Part shown: in pieces, positions 55,112 through 64,000 of the stretch | Layout: every line of letters begins with the position of its first letter | Position numbering within the stretch: the stretch's first letter is position 1 | Assembly (NCBI GenBank): GCA_944384065.1 | Contig: CALWRY010000005.1 | Location: forward strand, 294 to 64,293 | Length of the DNA stretch: 64,000 nt | Direction: 5' to 3' | Source of the DNA: an uncultured Enterocloster sp. | GTDB taxonomy: Bacteria; Bacillota; Clostridia; Lachnospirales; Lachnospiraceae | Made by a program: the position numbers and the translations under genes | The notes under the pieces: generated by a model | The model's input: only the letters and a program-made list of their open reading frames with translations | The model's database searches: none | What the model was told of the DNA's origin: nothing

Positions 55112-56148
55112 GCCTTCTCTCCTTCCTCCAGGCGCTCGCCGTACATCTTGTCAAAATAGCTGCTGTACGCCCCGCTCAGGATGTTCTTCCACCAGTCCTG
55201 GTTGTCCAGATACCACTGAATGGTCTGGCGGATGCCCGTGTCAAAGGTATACTTGGGCTTCCAGCCAAGCTCCGTCTCAATCTTTGTGGGGTCAATGGCA
55301 TAGCGCCGGTCGTGGCCCGGCCGGTCCGTCACAAAGCGGATCAGGCTCTCGGGCTTCCCAAGCTCCTTTAGAATGGTCTTCACCACATCCAGGTTGGTGC
55401 GCTCATTGTGGCCGCCGATGTTGTAGACCTCCCCCACGCGGTCCTTGTGGATCACCCGATCAATGGCCTCGCAGTGGTCAGACACATGGAGCCAGTCGCG
55501 CACGTTCTCCCCGGTGCCGTAGACCGGAAGCTCCTCGTCCGCCAGGGCCCGGCTGATCATCAGGGGAATGAGCTTTTCCGGGAAATGGTAGGGGCCATAG
55601 TTGTTGGAGCACCGGGACACAGTCACCGGCAGCCCGTAGGTCCTGTGGTAGGCCAGGACAAAGAGATCCGCGCTGGCCTTCGAAGAAGAATAGGGGCTGG
55701 AGGTGTGCAGGGGCGTCTCCTCCGTAAAGAAGAGGTCCGGACGGTCTAAGGGCAGATCCCCGTAGACCTCGTCCGTGGACACCTGGTGATAGCGCTTGAT
55801 GCCGTAGGTACGGCAGGCGTCAAGCAGGGTGGTGGTTCCCATCACATTGGTGCGCACAAAGGCCTCCGGATCCGTGATGGACCGGTCCACATGGCTCTCC
55901 GCAGCGAAATTCACCACCATGTCCGGCTTCTCCTTCTCGAACAGGTCAAAGATAAAGGTCCGGTCCGCGATATCCCCGCGGACAAAGCGGTAGTTGGGCT
56001 TATCCTCTACCGGCTTTAGATTCTCCAGATTTCCCGCATAGGTGAGCAGATCCAGATTGATGATCGTATACTCCGGATATTTATTCACCATGTGCTGCAC
56101 AAAGTTGCTTCCTATAAAACCGGCGCCCCCGGTCACGATAATCTTCAT
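55108..56148 (-). CDS. rfbB: dTDP-glucose 4,6-dehydratase
   Basis: GGAGFIGSN, AAESHVDRS, STDEVYG, YSSSK and DRPGHD motifs. Confidence 0.97.
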   Translation of the reverse strand: MKIIVTGGAGFIGSNFVQHMVNKYPEYTIINLDLLTYAGNLENLKPVEDKPNYRFVRGDIADRTFIFDLFEKEKPDMVVNFAAESHVDRSITDPEAFVRTNVMGTTTLLDACRTYGIKRYHQVSTDEVYGDLPLDRPDLFFTEETPLHTSSPYSSSKASADLFVLAYHRTYGLPVTVSRCSNNYGPYHFPEKLIPLMISRALADEELPVYGTGENVRDWLHVSDHCEAIDRVIHKDRVGEVYNIGGHNERTNLDVVKTILKELGKPESLIRFVTDRPGHDRRYAIDPTKIETELGWKPKYTFDTGIRQTIQWYLDNQDWWKNILSGAYSSYFDKMYGERLEEGEKA

Positions 56149-56190
56149 AGCTTTCCTCCGTAAAATTCCTGTCAGGCTTTTCCCCGGCAG

Positions 56191-57090
56191 TTAAAATTCC
56201 TGATTGTGGAGCTTGTCCACATATTTTCCATCCAGAATATCCTTCAAATACTTGCCGTACTGATTCTTCTTGAGAATTTCGTAAGTCTCAAGCACCTGCT
56301 CCTTCGTAATCCATCCCCGCAGGTAGGCAATCTCCTCCAGGCAGGCAATCTTGCGATGCTGATGCGTCTCCACGGTCTTCACGAAATTGGTGGCCTCCAC
56401 CAGGGACTCATGGGTTCCGGTATCCAGCCAGGTGAAGCCCTGTCCCAGCAAAATCACGTCCAGCTCCCCGTTTTCCAGATAGATGCGGTTCAAGTCCGTG
56501 ATCTCCAGCTCTCCTCTGGCGGATGGCTTTAAATTCTTCGCGTACTCCACCACCCGGTTGTCGTAGAAGTAGAGGCCGGTCACGCAGTAATTGGACTTGG
56601 GGTGAGCCGGTTTTTCCTCGATGGAGATCGCCTTCCCCTCCCTGTCAAACTCCACAATGCCAAAACGCTCCGGGTCATCCACATAGTAGCCGAACACCGT
56701 GGCTCCCTTCTCCTTGGAGGCTGCGGCCCGCAGGCGCTTGTTTAAGCCCTGGCCATGGAAAATATTGTCGCCCAAGACCATAGCCACGGAATCCGTGCCG
56801 ATAAAGTCCGCGCCGATTATAAATGCCTGGGCCAGTCCGTCGGGACTGGGCTGCACCGCATAGGAGAGGCGGATGCCGAATTGGTGCCCATCCCCTAAAA
56901 GCGCCTCGAACCGGGGCGTATCGTCCGGCGTGGAGATAATCAGAATGTCCCGGATCCCCGCGTTCATGAGCACGGACAGGGGATAGTAAATCATCGGTTT
57001 GTCATAAATCGGAAGCAGCTGCTTGGATGTCACCTTTGTCAGCGGGTACAGGCGGGTACCGCTTCCTCCGGCCAGTATAATTCCCTTCAT
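56191..57090 (-). CDS. rfbA: glucose-1-phosphate thymidylyltransferase
   Basis: [31 protein letters not shown] and WLDTGT motifs. Confidence 0.97.
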   Translation of the reverse strand: MKGIILAGGSGTRLYPLTKVTSKQLLPIYDKPMIYYPLSVLMNAGIRDILIISTPDDTPRFEALLGDGHQFGIRLSYAVQPSPDGLAQAFIIGADFIGTDSVAMVLGDNIFHGQGLNKRLRAAASKEKGATVFGYYVDDPERFGIVEFDREGKAISIEEKPAHPKSNYCVTGLYFYDNRVVEYAKNLKPSARGELEITDLNRIYLENGELDVILLGQGFTWLDTGTHESLVEATNFVKTVETHQHRKIACLEEIAYLRGWITKEQVLETYEILKKNQYGKYLKDILDGKYVDKLHNQEF

Positions 57091-57380
57091 TCATTTCCTC
57101 CTGGTAAAAGGCGCACAGCGGCCCCTCGCTTAAGGCCGCGCCCTGTATTCTTTGTCCCATGATACCACACTAACGCTATTTTTTCAAATATTGCGGAAAT
57201 TATTTCGATATAATTAAGATTCCCGCCATCCGGACAATTGCTTTTTGCGCGGGCTGCCGTGCCTATCGGAAGCCGCTCATAGCGGGAAATCAAAAACAGG
57301 CGAGAACGGATTCTATCCATATCCCGCCTGCTTATTAAAAAACGAAGGCAAATTTATGTCCGGTTCACAGAACACCGCGC

Positions 57381-58664
57381 TCAATCCAGCATTCCTTCCG
57401 CATTAAACTTCATTGGCTCCGGTCCGCTCACATAGCTGATGCCGTCAATATCCTTTATCGTCTCATATAGGGGCTCCGACACCTGAATTTCTCCCAGGCA
57501 CAGGGTATTCTTGATGCGGACCACCCGCGCTTTCTTATAATCCAGGTTATGGCAGCAGCGGATGCACATAAGCACCGCCTCTTTATCTGTGTTCACATAC
57601 ATAGGAATCGGACAGGCATCCATAAGCCCGGTCGTCAGCGTATTGGTCCAGGTAACCTCCCAGTCCACATCATTTAAGCATCTTCTGGTGGTCACATCCG
57701 CAGCGCCAAGCCCCGCTCCATTATGGTGGGCCTCCGGAGTAATTCCCCTGATAAACAGCTTGCGGAGGTTCAGCGTATCCCCAAATGTATGGGTAATATT
57801 TCTTCCTGTCACATTCGGATCATGGCCATTGCCGCTGATATTCTTTCCTATCTCATCAATAATCAGAACATCAATATCGTCAAATTTGAATTTCGCCATC
57901 TTTTCCTTTGCAATCTCCAGAAGGCGGGCATCCGTCTCCATGAAATCGTCCCTCCCGCACACCTCAATATTGCAAATATCATCGTATGCATTCTGAACCA
58001 CTCCCACCCCAAAAGCAAAGGGGCAATTCTTCAGGAACTTTTCCGCCACCGGAGGAATCAGCTCCGTAAAACGGTGAAATCCAAAGGAATGGAACATACT
58101 TGCACCCTTATGCTTGGCAATGCCGATGGCCAGCATCTTTGCAAGGCCGCTTTCATGAGGTCCCCTGAAATCCGTATGGGGCTTTACTTTATTGAACACG
58201 ACAATCCCATCGGATTCATATGCATATTTGTCACAGTACAGCGGAATGCCGTTGAGCGTATCGTACTGCGTCACTTCCATGGATGACAAAATGGGCACGC
58301 CCATGGACTCCTCCGTAATATTATACCCCTCCAGCATTTCCAGCTGTCCCTCTGCGGTAGCGCCCCCATGGCTTCCCATAGAAGGAATGATAAATGGCTC
58401 AGCGCCCCAGCTTTTTAATGTATCGCAGATAGTCCGGAGCATAACATCCATGTCCGGAATCCCCCTGCTTCCCGCTGTGATGCAGATTCTCTTGCCTTTA
58501 TAGCCTTCCTTGTTTTCTACCTTTTCCAGCTCTGCCAGCATATGTCCCCTGATATCTTCAATTTTTGCTGTGTCATAGCTCTGCCGGATAGTCACCATAT
58601 TAGGGATAGGGACCAGCTCCATTCCCTGAATCGGTGTGTGTATCTCAGGAAATTGAATAAACAT
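57381..58664 (-). CDS. lactate-racemase (LarA)-like domain protein
   Basis: GSRGI, PSMGSHGG, KPHTDF, ESGLAKM and GKNISG.G.DPNV motifs. Confidence 0.78.
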   Translation of the reverse strand: MFIQFPEIHTPIQGMELVPIPNMVTIRQSYDTAKIEDIRGHMLAELEKVENKEGYKGKRICITAGSRGIPDMDVMLRTICDTLKSWGAEPFIIPSMGSHGGATAEGQLEMLEGYNITEESMGVPILSSMEVTQYDTLNGIPLYCDKYAYESDGIVVFNKVKPHTDFRGPHESGLAKMLAIGIAKHKGASMFHSFGFHRFTELIPPVAEKFLKNCPFAFGVGVVQNAYDDICNIEVCGRDDFMETDARLLEIAKEKMAKFKFDDIDVLIIDEIGKNISGNGHDPNVTGRNITHTFGDTLNLRKLFIRGITPEAHHNGAGLGAADVTTRRCLNDVDWEVTWTNTLTTGLMDACPIPMYVNTDKEAVLMCIRCCHNLDYKKARVVRIKNTLCLGEIQVSEPLYETIKDIDGISYVSGPEPMKFNAEGMLD

Positions 58665-58697
58665 ACTGCATACTCCTTTCCAAAACATGCTCAGGGC

Positions 58698-59990
58698 TTA
58701 CGCCATTCCCATTGCGTAAAACAGGGCAATCATAAATGCCAGCGTCACAAGGGGAATCACGCAGGTTGTAATAAATACCGGGAAGTAAGAATGCTTGTGG
58801 TCATTCTCCGTTACATTTAGAACGGATACTACCAGGCCGTTATGGGGCAGGGAATCAAGTCCCAGGCTTGCCAGTGCGCAGACCCTATGCATAGCTTCCA
58901 GATTTACTCCCATGGGCACAAAATATTCTTTAATAATGGGCAGTACAATTCCCATACCTCCGGATCCGGAACCGCACACGCCGGCCAGAAGTGTAACCGC
59001 GATACCCGATGCAATCAGAGGGCTTCCTCCAATGCCGGTAACCGCTGTGATCAGCGTATCGAAAGCCGGCGTCATCTGAACCAGGGAGCCAAAGCCTACC
59101 ACTGCAGATGTATTAAACAGAGATCCGGTTCCATCCTTCGTTCCATCATTTAAGTGTTTCCAGATATCCTTCCACGGAATCTGCCTGCAATAGAAAATAA
59201 GGGCGGAAATACATCCGGTAAACAGGGCCAGCTCCGCCGTAAACTTAAATACGTTTAACGTAACCAGAAGGATAATCATGGGGATCAGGGCAATGATAAC
59301 ACTGGGCAGCTCCCGTCCCTCTTTGAGAGCAAGTGTCTGGCGATCCTTCTCCGTCATCTCAAAGTGCTCGCCTTTCTCCTTGCTGCGCTTTGCGTACCAA
59401 ATCATAAAGGCAAATACTAAAACAGCCTCAAAGACTGCGGAAATCATACCGGGAACAAAGGCCGCCGTAGCCGGGGTTCCCAGAATCTGCCCGGGCATCA
59501 GGTTCTGAATCTGAGGAGATCCGGGCATCATACATGCAAATGTACCTGCACCGCAGAAATACACCGCAGGAATCAGCGTCCTGGAAATATCGCCCCTCTT
59601 GAACAGGGAAACCATCAGCGGATACAGTGTGAACATACAGACGAATACAGAAACGCCGCCGTAAGCCAAAACCGCACCGGCCACCATAAGGGAGGGGATA
59701 ATAAACTTATCACCAAGCTTATCAATGATCGCCTGGGCAATTGCGTCCGCCGCTCCGCTTATGTCCGTCAGCTTTCCAAACAATGATCCGAGTACGAAGA
59801 TAAAGAAGAATTGGCCAAAATACCCAGCCAGGCCATTCACATACGTTGTTGTCATCTGCTCAATCGGGTTGAGCCCTGCCGTGATAAGCAGGAAAATGCC
59901 CGAAATAAGGGCGGCAAAAAAAATCGGCACGCCGCGGAAGCAGAAGAAGATCAGTAACCCTAAACTAATTAATACAAATAGTATTCCCAT
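58698..59990 (-). CDS. GntP family permease
   Basis: YGGVSVFV, PGSPQIQN, GSGSGG and DSLPHNG motifs. Confidence 0.9.
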   Translation of the reverse strand: MGILFVLISLGLLIFFCFRGVPIFFAALISGIFLLITAGLNPIEQMTTTYVNGLAGYFGQFFFIFVLGSLFGKLTDISGAADAIAQAIIDKLGDKFIIPSLMVAGAVLAYGGVSVFVCMFTLYPLMVSLFKRGDISRTLIPAVYFCGAGTFACMMPGSPQIQNLMPGQILGTPATAAFVPGMISAVFEAVLVFAFMIWYAKRSKEKGEHFEMTEKDRQTLALKEGRELPSVIIALIPMIILLVTLNVFKFTAELALFTGCISALIFYCRQIPWKDIWKHLNDGTKDGTGSLFNTSAVVGFGSLVQMTPAFDTLITAVTGIGGSPLIASGIAVTLLAGVCGSGSGGMGIVLPIIKEYFVPMGVNLEAMHRVCALASLGLDSLPHNGLVVSVLNVTENDHKHSYFPVFITTCVIPLVTLAFMIALFYAMGMA

Positions 59991-60399
59991 ATGCTTTCCC
60001 TCCAGCTAAAATAGGCGCAGTATTTTTACTGCAAATGATCTATAATTCTTTCCCTGATCCCCTTTCTCGTTAATTTTTTAACTTATTTTCGCCTCCTTTT
60101 ACTCATATTCAATCGACATGCATTCCGCCATACTTGTGTACAAGAAACCTCTCTCCAAAAAATTTTATAGCATAGCAATCAATGTATCTTTTTTCTTTTG
60201 GGTAAATCAGTTGAATTTTTATAGATCCAATTAAGTTTTATAAGCTAATCTTACCACTCATTCCGTAATTTGTAAACTGTTTATTATGCAATTTTATTAT
60301 TTTTTTGTGTTTCCTTTTTATGGACATACAGGCATTCCCCTGTTATAATTATATCAGTCTGCAGCCTATCAATCTTAACAGACGGAAAGTGTGCATTTT

Positions 60400-61467
60400 A
60401 TGATTATTACAGAAAAAGAGCTTAAAAAAGAATATGGCTTTAAGGATAGTCTCCCCGTCCAGGACGCGGTTATCCAGCAGTTTCTCATTGTTATCCAGGA
60501 TCTGCCCCGCCGGGGCGGCCTTGCGCAGCTTATCATAAAGCGGGCGGCCCCTGTGCTGATGCTGATTCTGTTTTTCGCCTGCCTTGTTTCCGGCCTTTAT
60601 AAAGGTTTTCATCAGACCCTCCTCATGTTTCTGGCAATCCTAGTTTTCACCTGCGCATCTCAGACATTTCCGGGAATCCGTCAGATATGGGGTTCTTCCG
60701 GCATCAAGTACGATTTTCGCAGGCACAGCGGGCACTTTCTCCTCTGCACCGGCGTGTGCACGTTGAAAAATATGGAAGCTAAGAAGCTTTCTCCCTCCAT
60801 TTATTCCGCCAGAGTGCGCCTCTCCTCGGGCAAATATCTGGACGCCGTCCCCTTTGCCAAAAAACACTGGGACGAAATCCCTGCAGGAGGCAGGGTCTTT
60901 GTCGTTGCTGCAAACGAAGGGAATTCCTTCTGCTTTTTCGGTCTCCCGCAGCCTGTGCTTCAAATATCATCTTCCAAAAACCAGGAAGATTCTCCCATAC
61001 GCGCACACGCCCTGCGCCCCATTGGCGCAGAGGATCTGCCAAAGATTCTGGCGGCGGAAAAGGAGCGGATCCGAATCCGCCGTCATCTCTATCTGAAAAA
61101 TCAGCTTCTTTTTATCGGAGCCTCGGCAGCCTTCCTCGTTTTTCAGATATTTCGCCTTAACTCAGGCGGAATTATGCTGGGCGCCTTTATGCTCTTGGCC
61201 TGCTGCGCCGTACATATTTCGAATTATGCCCAGGACAAAAGCTTCCGGAAATCGCTTCGGGGAAAGAAGGAACTTTTTTGCGCAGATGCCACCGCCCACT
61301 CCTGCTTGGATGGAACGCGTGATGCCGTGGCCTTCAAGGACACGGAAAACCACGTCCTTTTTACTTCCCGGCTGCGGGATGATATTCACTGGTTCAGGGA
61401 CGGGGACCGCGCACTGTTGGTATACTATAATCCGCAAAAGCCTACCGCCTATAAAATCACCATTTGA
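60400..61467 (+). CDS. hypothetical membrane protein with an apparent internal duplication
   Basis: Long ORF containing two 2-TM hairpin + beta-rich units; no family recognised. Confidence 0.7.
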   Translation: MIITEKELKKEYGFKDSLPVQDAVIQQFLIVIQDLPRRGGLAQLIIKRAAPVLMLILFFACLVSGLYKGFHQTLLMFLAILVFTCASQTFPGIRQIWGSSGIKYDFRRHSGHFLLCTGVCTLKNMEAKKLSPSIYSARVRLSSGKYLDAVPFAKKHWDEIPAGGRVFVVAANEGNSFCFFGLPQPVLQISSSKNQEDSPIRAHALRPIGAEDLPKILAAEKERIRIRRHLYLKNQLLFIGASAAFLVFQIFRLNSGGIMLGAFMLLACCAVHISNYAQDKSFRKSLRGKKELFCADATAHSCLDGTRDAVAFKDTENHVLFTSRLRDDIHWFRDGDRALLVYYNPQKPTAYKITI

Positions 61468-61487
61468 CGTATTTATCCTCCGACGCC

Positions 61488-62705
61488 TCAGATCTTCCGG
61501 AGCAGCATCGTAATCCCCAGGCTCACAAGCCCGCTGGCTGCCAGATACCAGATGGTCGTTATATAGGATCCGCCCGCGTCATATAAAAGTCCGCCGATAG
61601 TCCCTCCAAAGGAGGCAAGCAGAAGATTCAGGTTCATCACGGAGAAGTTCACCGGATAGTGCGTCGGGCCGTAAGCGGAGTTTACATAGGCCGATATGCT
61701 GGGATTTAATCCGCCGTAGAAGAAGCCGCTGCAGATAAATCCCGCAATCACCAGCGCAAGGCTTGATCTTCCCAGAGCTCCCGCAAGAATAAGCGCGGAA
61801 ACCGTAAAGCCCACGCCTACAGAGAGCATGGTAATCCGCCGGCCCTTACGGTCAAACAGCGTTCCGAAAAATACCCGTCCGATGCCGTTGAAAATAGAAA
61901 TCAGCCCTGCCACCGTGGCGATGGTTCCCTCCGCTGTCCCCGGCCCCGCCTCCCGGGCAATACCGCTGGCCTGCCCGATTAAAGCCATACCCGCGCCGCC
62001 CATGCAGATGGTCCAGCAGAAAAAAATCCAGAAACTTGGCCGTCTAATCATTAACCGGGTGTCAATATCCAGTCCCGCCTCCCGGACGCGTTTTTTTCCT
62101 CCGGAAAGTCGTGAAAGAAATGCGCGGTCTTCATCCCCAGGTCTGTCAAAGAATAGGCCGCATACAAGAAAAATCACCGCAATCAGGATGCCGAACACCA
62201 CAAAAGAGCTGCGCCAGGCCTCAACTCCCTCCCCCGACGGGGTAAAGGCCTGGTAAATCTTGCCCACAAAGAAGGAGCTGAACCCAAAACCCATAAGCAG
62301 AATTCCGGAAATCATTCCCTGCTTATCCGGGAACCAGGCGCTCATACTGCTCAAAACCGCATTGTACACAAAGCCCGACGCAAAACCGCATAACATCCCG
62401 TAGCCCGCATAGAGCACTGCGGGCGAATTTGCCCGGCTGGCAATAAAAAAGCCTGCCAGAAACAGAATGCCGGACCCCCACACCGCAAGGCGCACAGGGA
62501 GCTTCCCGGCTGCCATGCCTCCCACCATGCACCCCAGGCAGAAAAACATCATGCAGATGGTGAATGTCATGGACAGCTGCGCTTTGCTCCAGGATGTGAA
62601 ATAAGCGCCGATTGGCAGAGAGAGCACGCTCCAGGCGTACACAAGGCCGGCCAGCAACAGCATAACAAGGCCCAGAACCGCGTAAAAGGATCGATTACGC
62701 TTCAT
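61488..62705 (-). CDS. MFS transporter (OFA/YhjX-like)
   Basis: YAWSV, WFPDKQG and FNGIGRVFFG motifs; about 12 TM segments. Confidence 0.9.
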   Translation of the reverse strand: MKRNRSFYAVLGLVMLLLAGLVYAWSVLSLPIGAYFTSWSKAQLSMTFTICMMFFCLGCMVGGMAAGKLPVRLAVWGSGILFLAGFFIASRANSPAVLYAGYGMLCGFASGFVYNAVLSSMSAWFPDKQGMISGILLMGFGFSSFFVGKIYQAFTPSGEGVEAWRSSFVVFGILIAVIFLVCGLFFDRPGDEDRAFLSRLSGGKKRVREAGLDIDTRLMIRRPSFWIFFCWTICMGGAGMALIGQASGIAREAGPGTAEGTIATVAGLISIFNGIGRVFFGTLFDRKGRRITMLSVGVGFTVSALILAGALGRSSLALVIAGFICSGFFYGGLNPSISAYVNSAYGPTHYPVNFSVMNLNLLLASFGGTIGGLLYDAGGSYITTIWYLAASGLVSLGITMLLRKI

Positions 62706-63705
62706 ACCAGATTTGCCCTCCTTCTTCCTTTTCTTCAATCAATTTTCTCTTCTTCAGATAATCAATATGGGACAGGCACTCCCCCAAGGCGAACCATCGC
62801 TGGGCAGGCGGAAAATCGTCCCAGCCTGCGGCACGTATCTTCCAGGTCATATTGCCTGCAATATCGTAGAGCCGCGCCCTTCCCAGGCTCTCAATCACCT
62901 GGCGGCACTCCTCCAGACGCCTCTTATGATGCTCCTTTAAGGCCCGGATGCGGCCATGGAAATCTCCCGGCTGCCGGTGCCCCGGGAGGGGAATCGTCAC
63001 CTCATATTTATCGATCACATCCAAACTTTCCAGATAGGATCCCAGCGCGTCAGGCAGCGCCTCCCAATCCGTAATGTTGGGGGTAATGTCAAAGAGCACA
63101 TGATCTGCCAGTATCATAGCCCCTGTTCCCAGGATGGAAAAACACATCTGTCCCGGCGTGTGTCCCGGCGTGCTGATCGCCTGCAGCCTGTAGGGACCGG
63201 CCTCTATCACATCCCCCTCCTTTAAGCAGGTATAACCGTTAAAGGATTCGTCCGCCGCCATGGTCCGAGAGGGTGTTGCCGCCAGCATTTCTCTGATGAG
63301 CTGTCCCGCAATCCCATTTTTCTCAAGACGCTTTACCCGGTGGACATGCACCCCTTCCACATCATTCATAAACCTCCGGTCTGCCTCCCCGATATACACC
63401 TTATTTGCCGGACGGACTAGATCCGGCGCCAGGCCTGTATGATCCACGTGCAAGTGGGTGAGCAGAATGTCCGTGTCATCCATAGAAATTTGAAGGCTCC
63501 TAAACCCCTCTGTCAGGGCTTCCCTGCAGGCCTCAAGGCGGAACCCCGTATCGATCAGGAGGTTTTTGTTCCCTTCTCCCCGTATCACATAGCTGTTCAG
63601 TTCCTTTAACGGATTCCCCGGCAGGGGAACCGGAATCCGGTAGATGCCGGGAAGAACCTCCACAATTCCCGTCCACTTCTTTTCCTCATGCTGTCTTTCT
63701 TCCAT
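62695..63705 (-). CDS. MBL-fold metallo-hydrolase
   Basis: IDTG, THLHVDHTG, TPGHTPG, DH and LPGH motifs. Confidence 0.92.
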   Translation of the reverse strand: MEERQHEEKKWTGIVEVLPGIYRIPVPLPGNPLKELNSYVIRGEGNKNLLIDTGFRLEACREALTEGFRSLQISMDDTDILLTHLHVDHTGLAPDLVRPANKVYIGEADRRFMNDVEGVHVHRVKRLEKNGIAGQLIREMLAATPSRTMAADESFNGYTCLKEGDVIEAGPYRLQAISTPGHTPGQMCFSILGTGAMILADHVLFDITPNITDWEALPDALGSYLESLDVIDKYEVTIPLPGHRQPGDFHGRIRALKEHHKRRLEECRQVIESLGRARLYDIAGNMTWKIRAAGWDDFPPAQRWFALGECLSHIDYLKKRKLIEEKEEGGQIWYEA

Positions 63706-63838
63706 AATGTGCTCTCCTTATGATGTCCAAACGCGCCCGTCCAGCGCAATGCCGGAAAAGGGCAGCTCCGGTTTCCCAAAGCTGCCCCTTCCTCTCTGTC
63801 TGCAAAATGATTGCCGTCCGGACGGCAGTCACATGAAC

Positions 63839-64000
63839 TTATTTCTCCGGAAGCTTGTCCATCTCTTCCATAATCGCGGGGATTACCTTGTACAGGTCGC
63901 CCACGATGCCGATGTCGGCGATATCAAAGATGGGTGCGTTCTCGTTGGTGTTGATGGCCACGATAAGTCCGGAGTTCTGCATACCGGCCACGTGCTGGAT
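63839..64000 (-). CDS. etfA: electron transfer flavoprotein alpha subunit, C-terminal part (runs off the window)
   Basis: [41 protein letters not shown]...*. Confidence 0.9.
   Translation of the reverse strand: MQHVAGMQNSGLIVAINTNENAPIFDIADIGIVGDLYKVIPAIMEEMDKLPEK

Overview
Chromosomal window from a moderately GC-rich, probably spore-forming Clostridia (Lachnospiraceae-like; inferred from gene content). Housekeeping genes: glyA, recJ, brnQ, rdgB, an RlmL-type methyltransferase, leuA, glmM, rfbA/B/D, partial etfA, and four tRNAs (Arg-ACG, Gln-TTG, His-GTG, Arg-TCT). Three LacI-linked uptake loci: glycerophosphodiester ABC plus phosphodiesterase; maltose PTS-mapP-malQ; GH36 alpha-galactosidase ABC. 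Several genes are decayed. No integrase, transposase, CRISPR array or rRNA was seen. Main candidates: (1) an AT-richer two-gene insertion between leuA and glmM (51347-52769) that looks like an ABC-ATPase split between two proteins, the second also carrying an OLD/PARIS-like TOPRIM domain, i.e. a candidate undescribed anti-phage or toxin system; (2) a SigI/RsgI module with two matching SigI-type promoters ahead of an RsgI-paralog lipoprotein with Asp/Tyr repeats, a VTC polyphosphate polymerase, DUF4956, a CotH kinase and an ABC exporter; (3) small elements missing from the ORF track: a Fst-like type I toxin-antitoxin remnant beside tRNA-Arg, a 55-aa Asn/Ser-rich protein with a sigma-G promoter, a MerR-type promoter, and a structured leuA leader. 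All family names come from motif recognition; no database searches were run.
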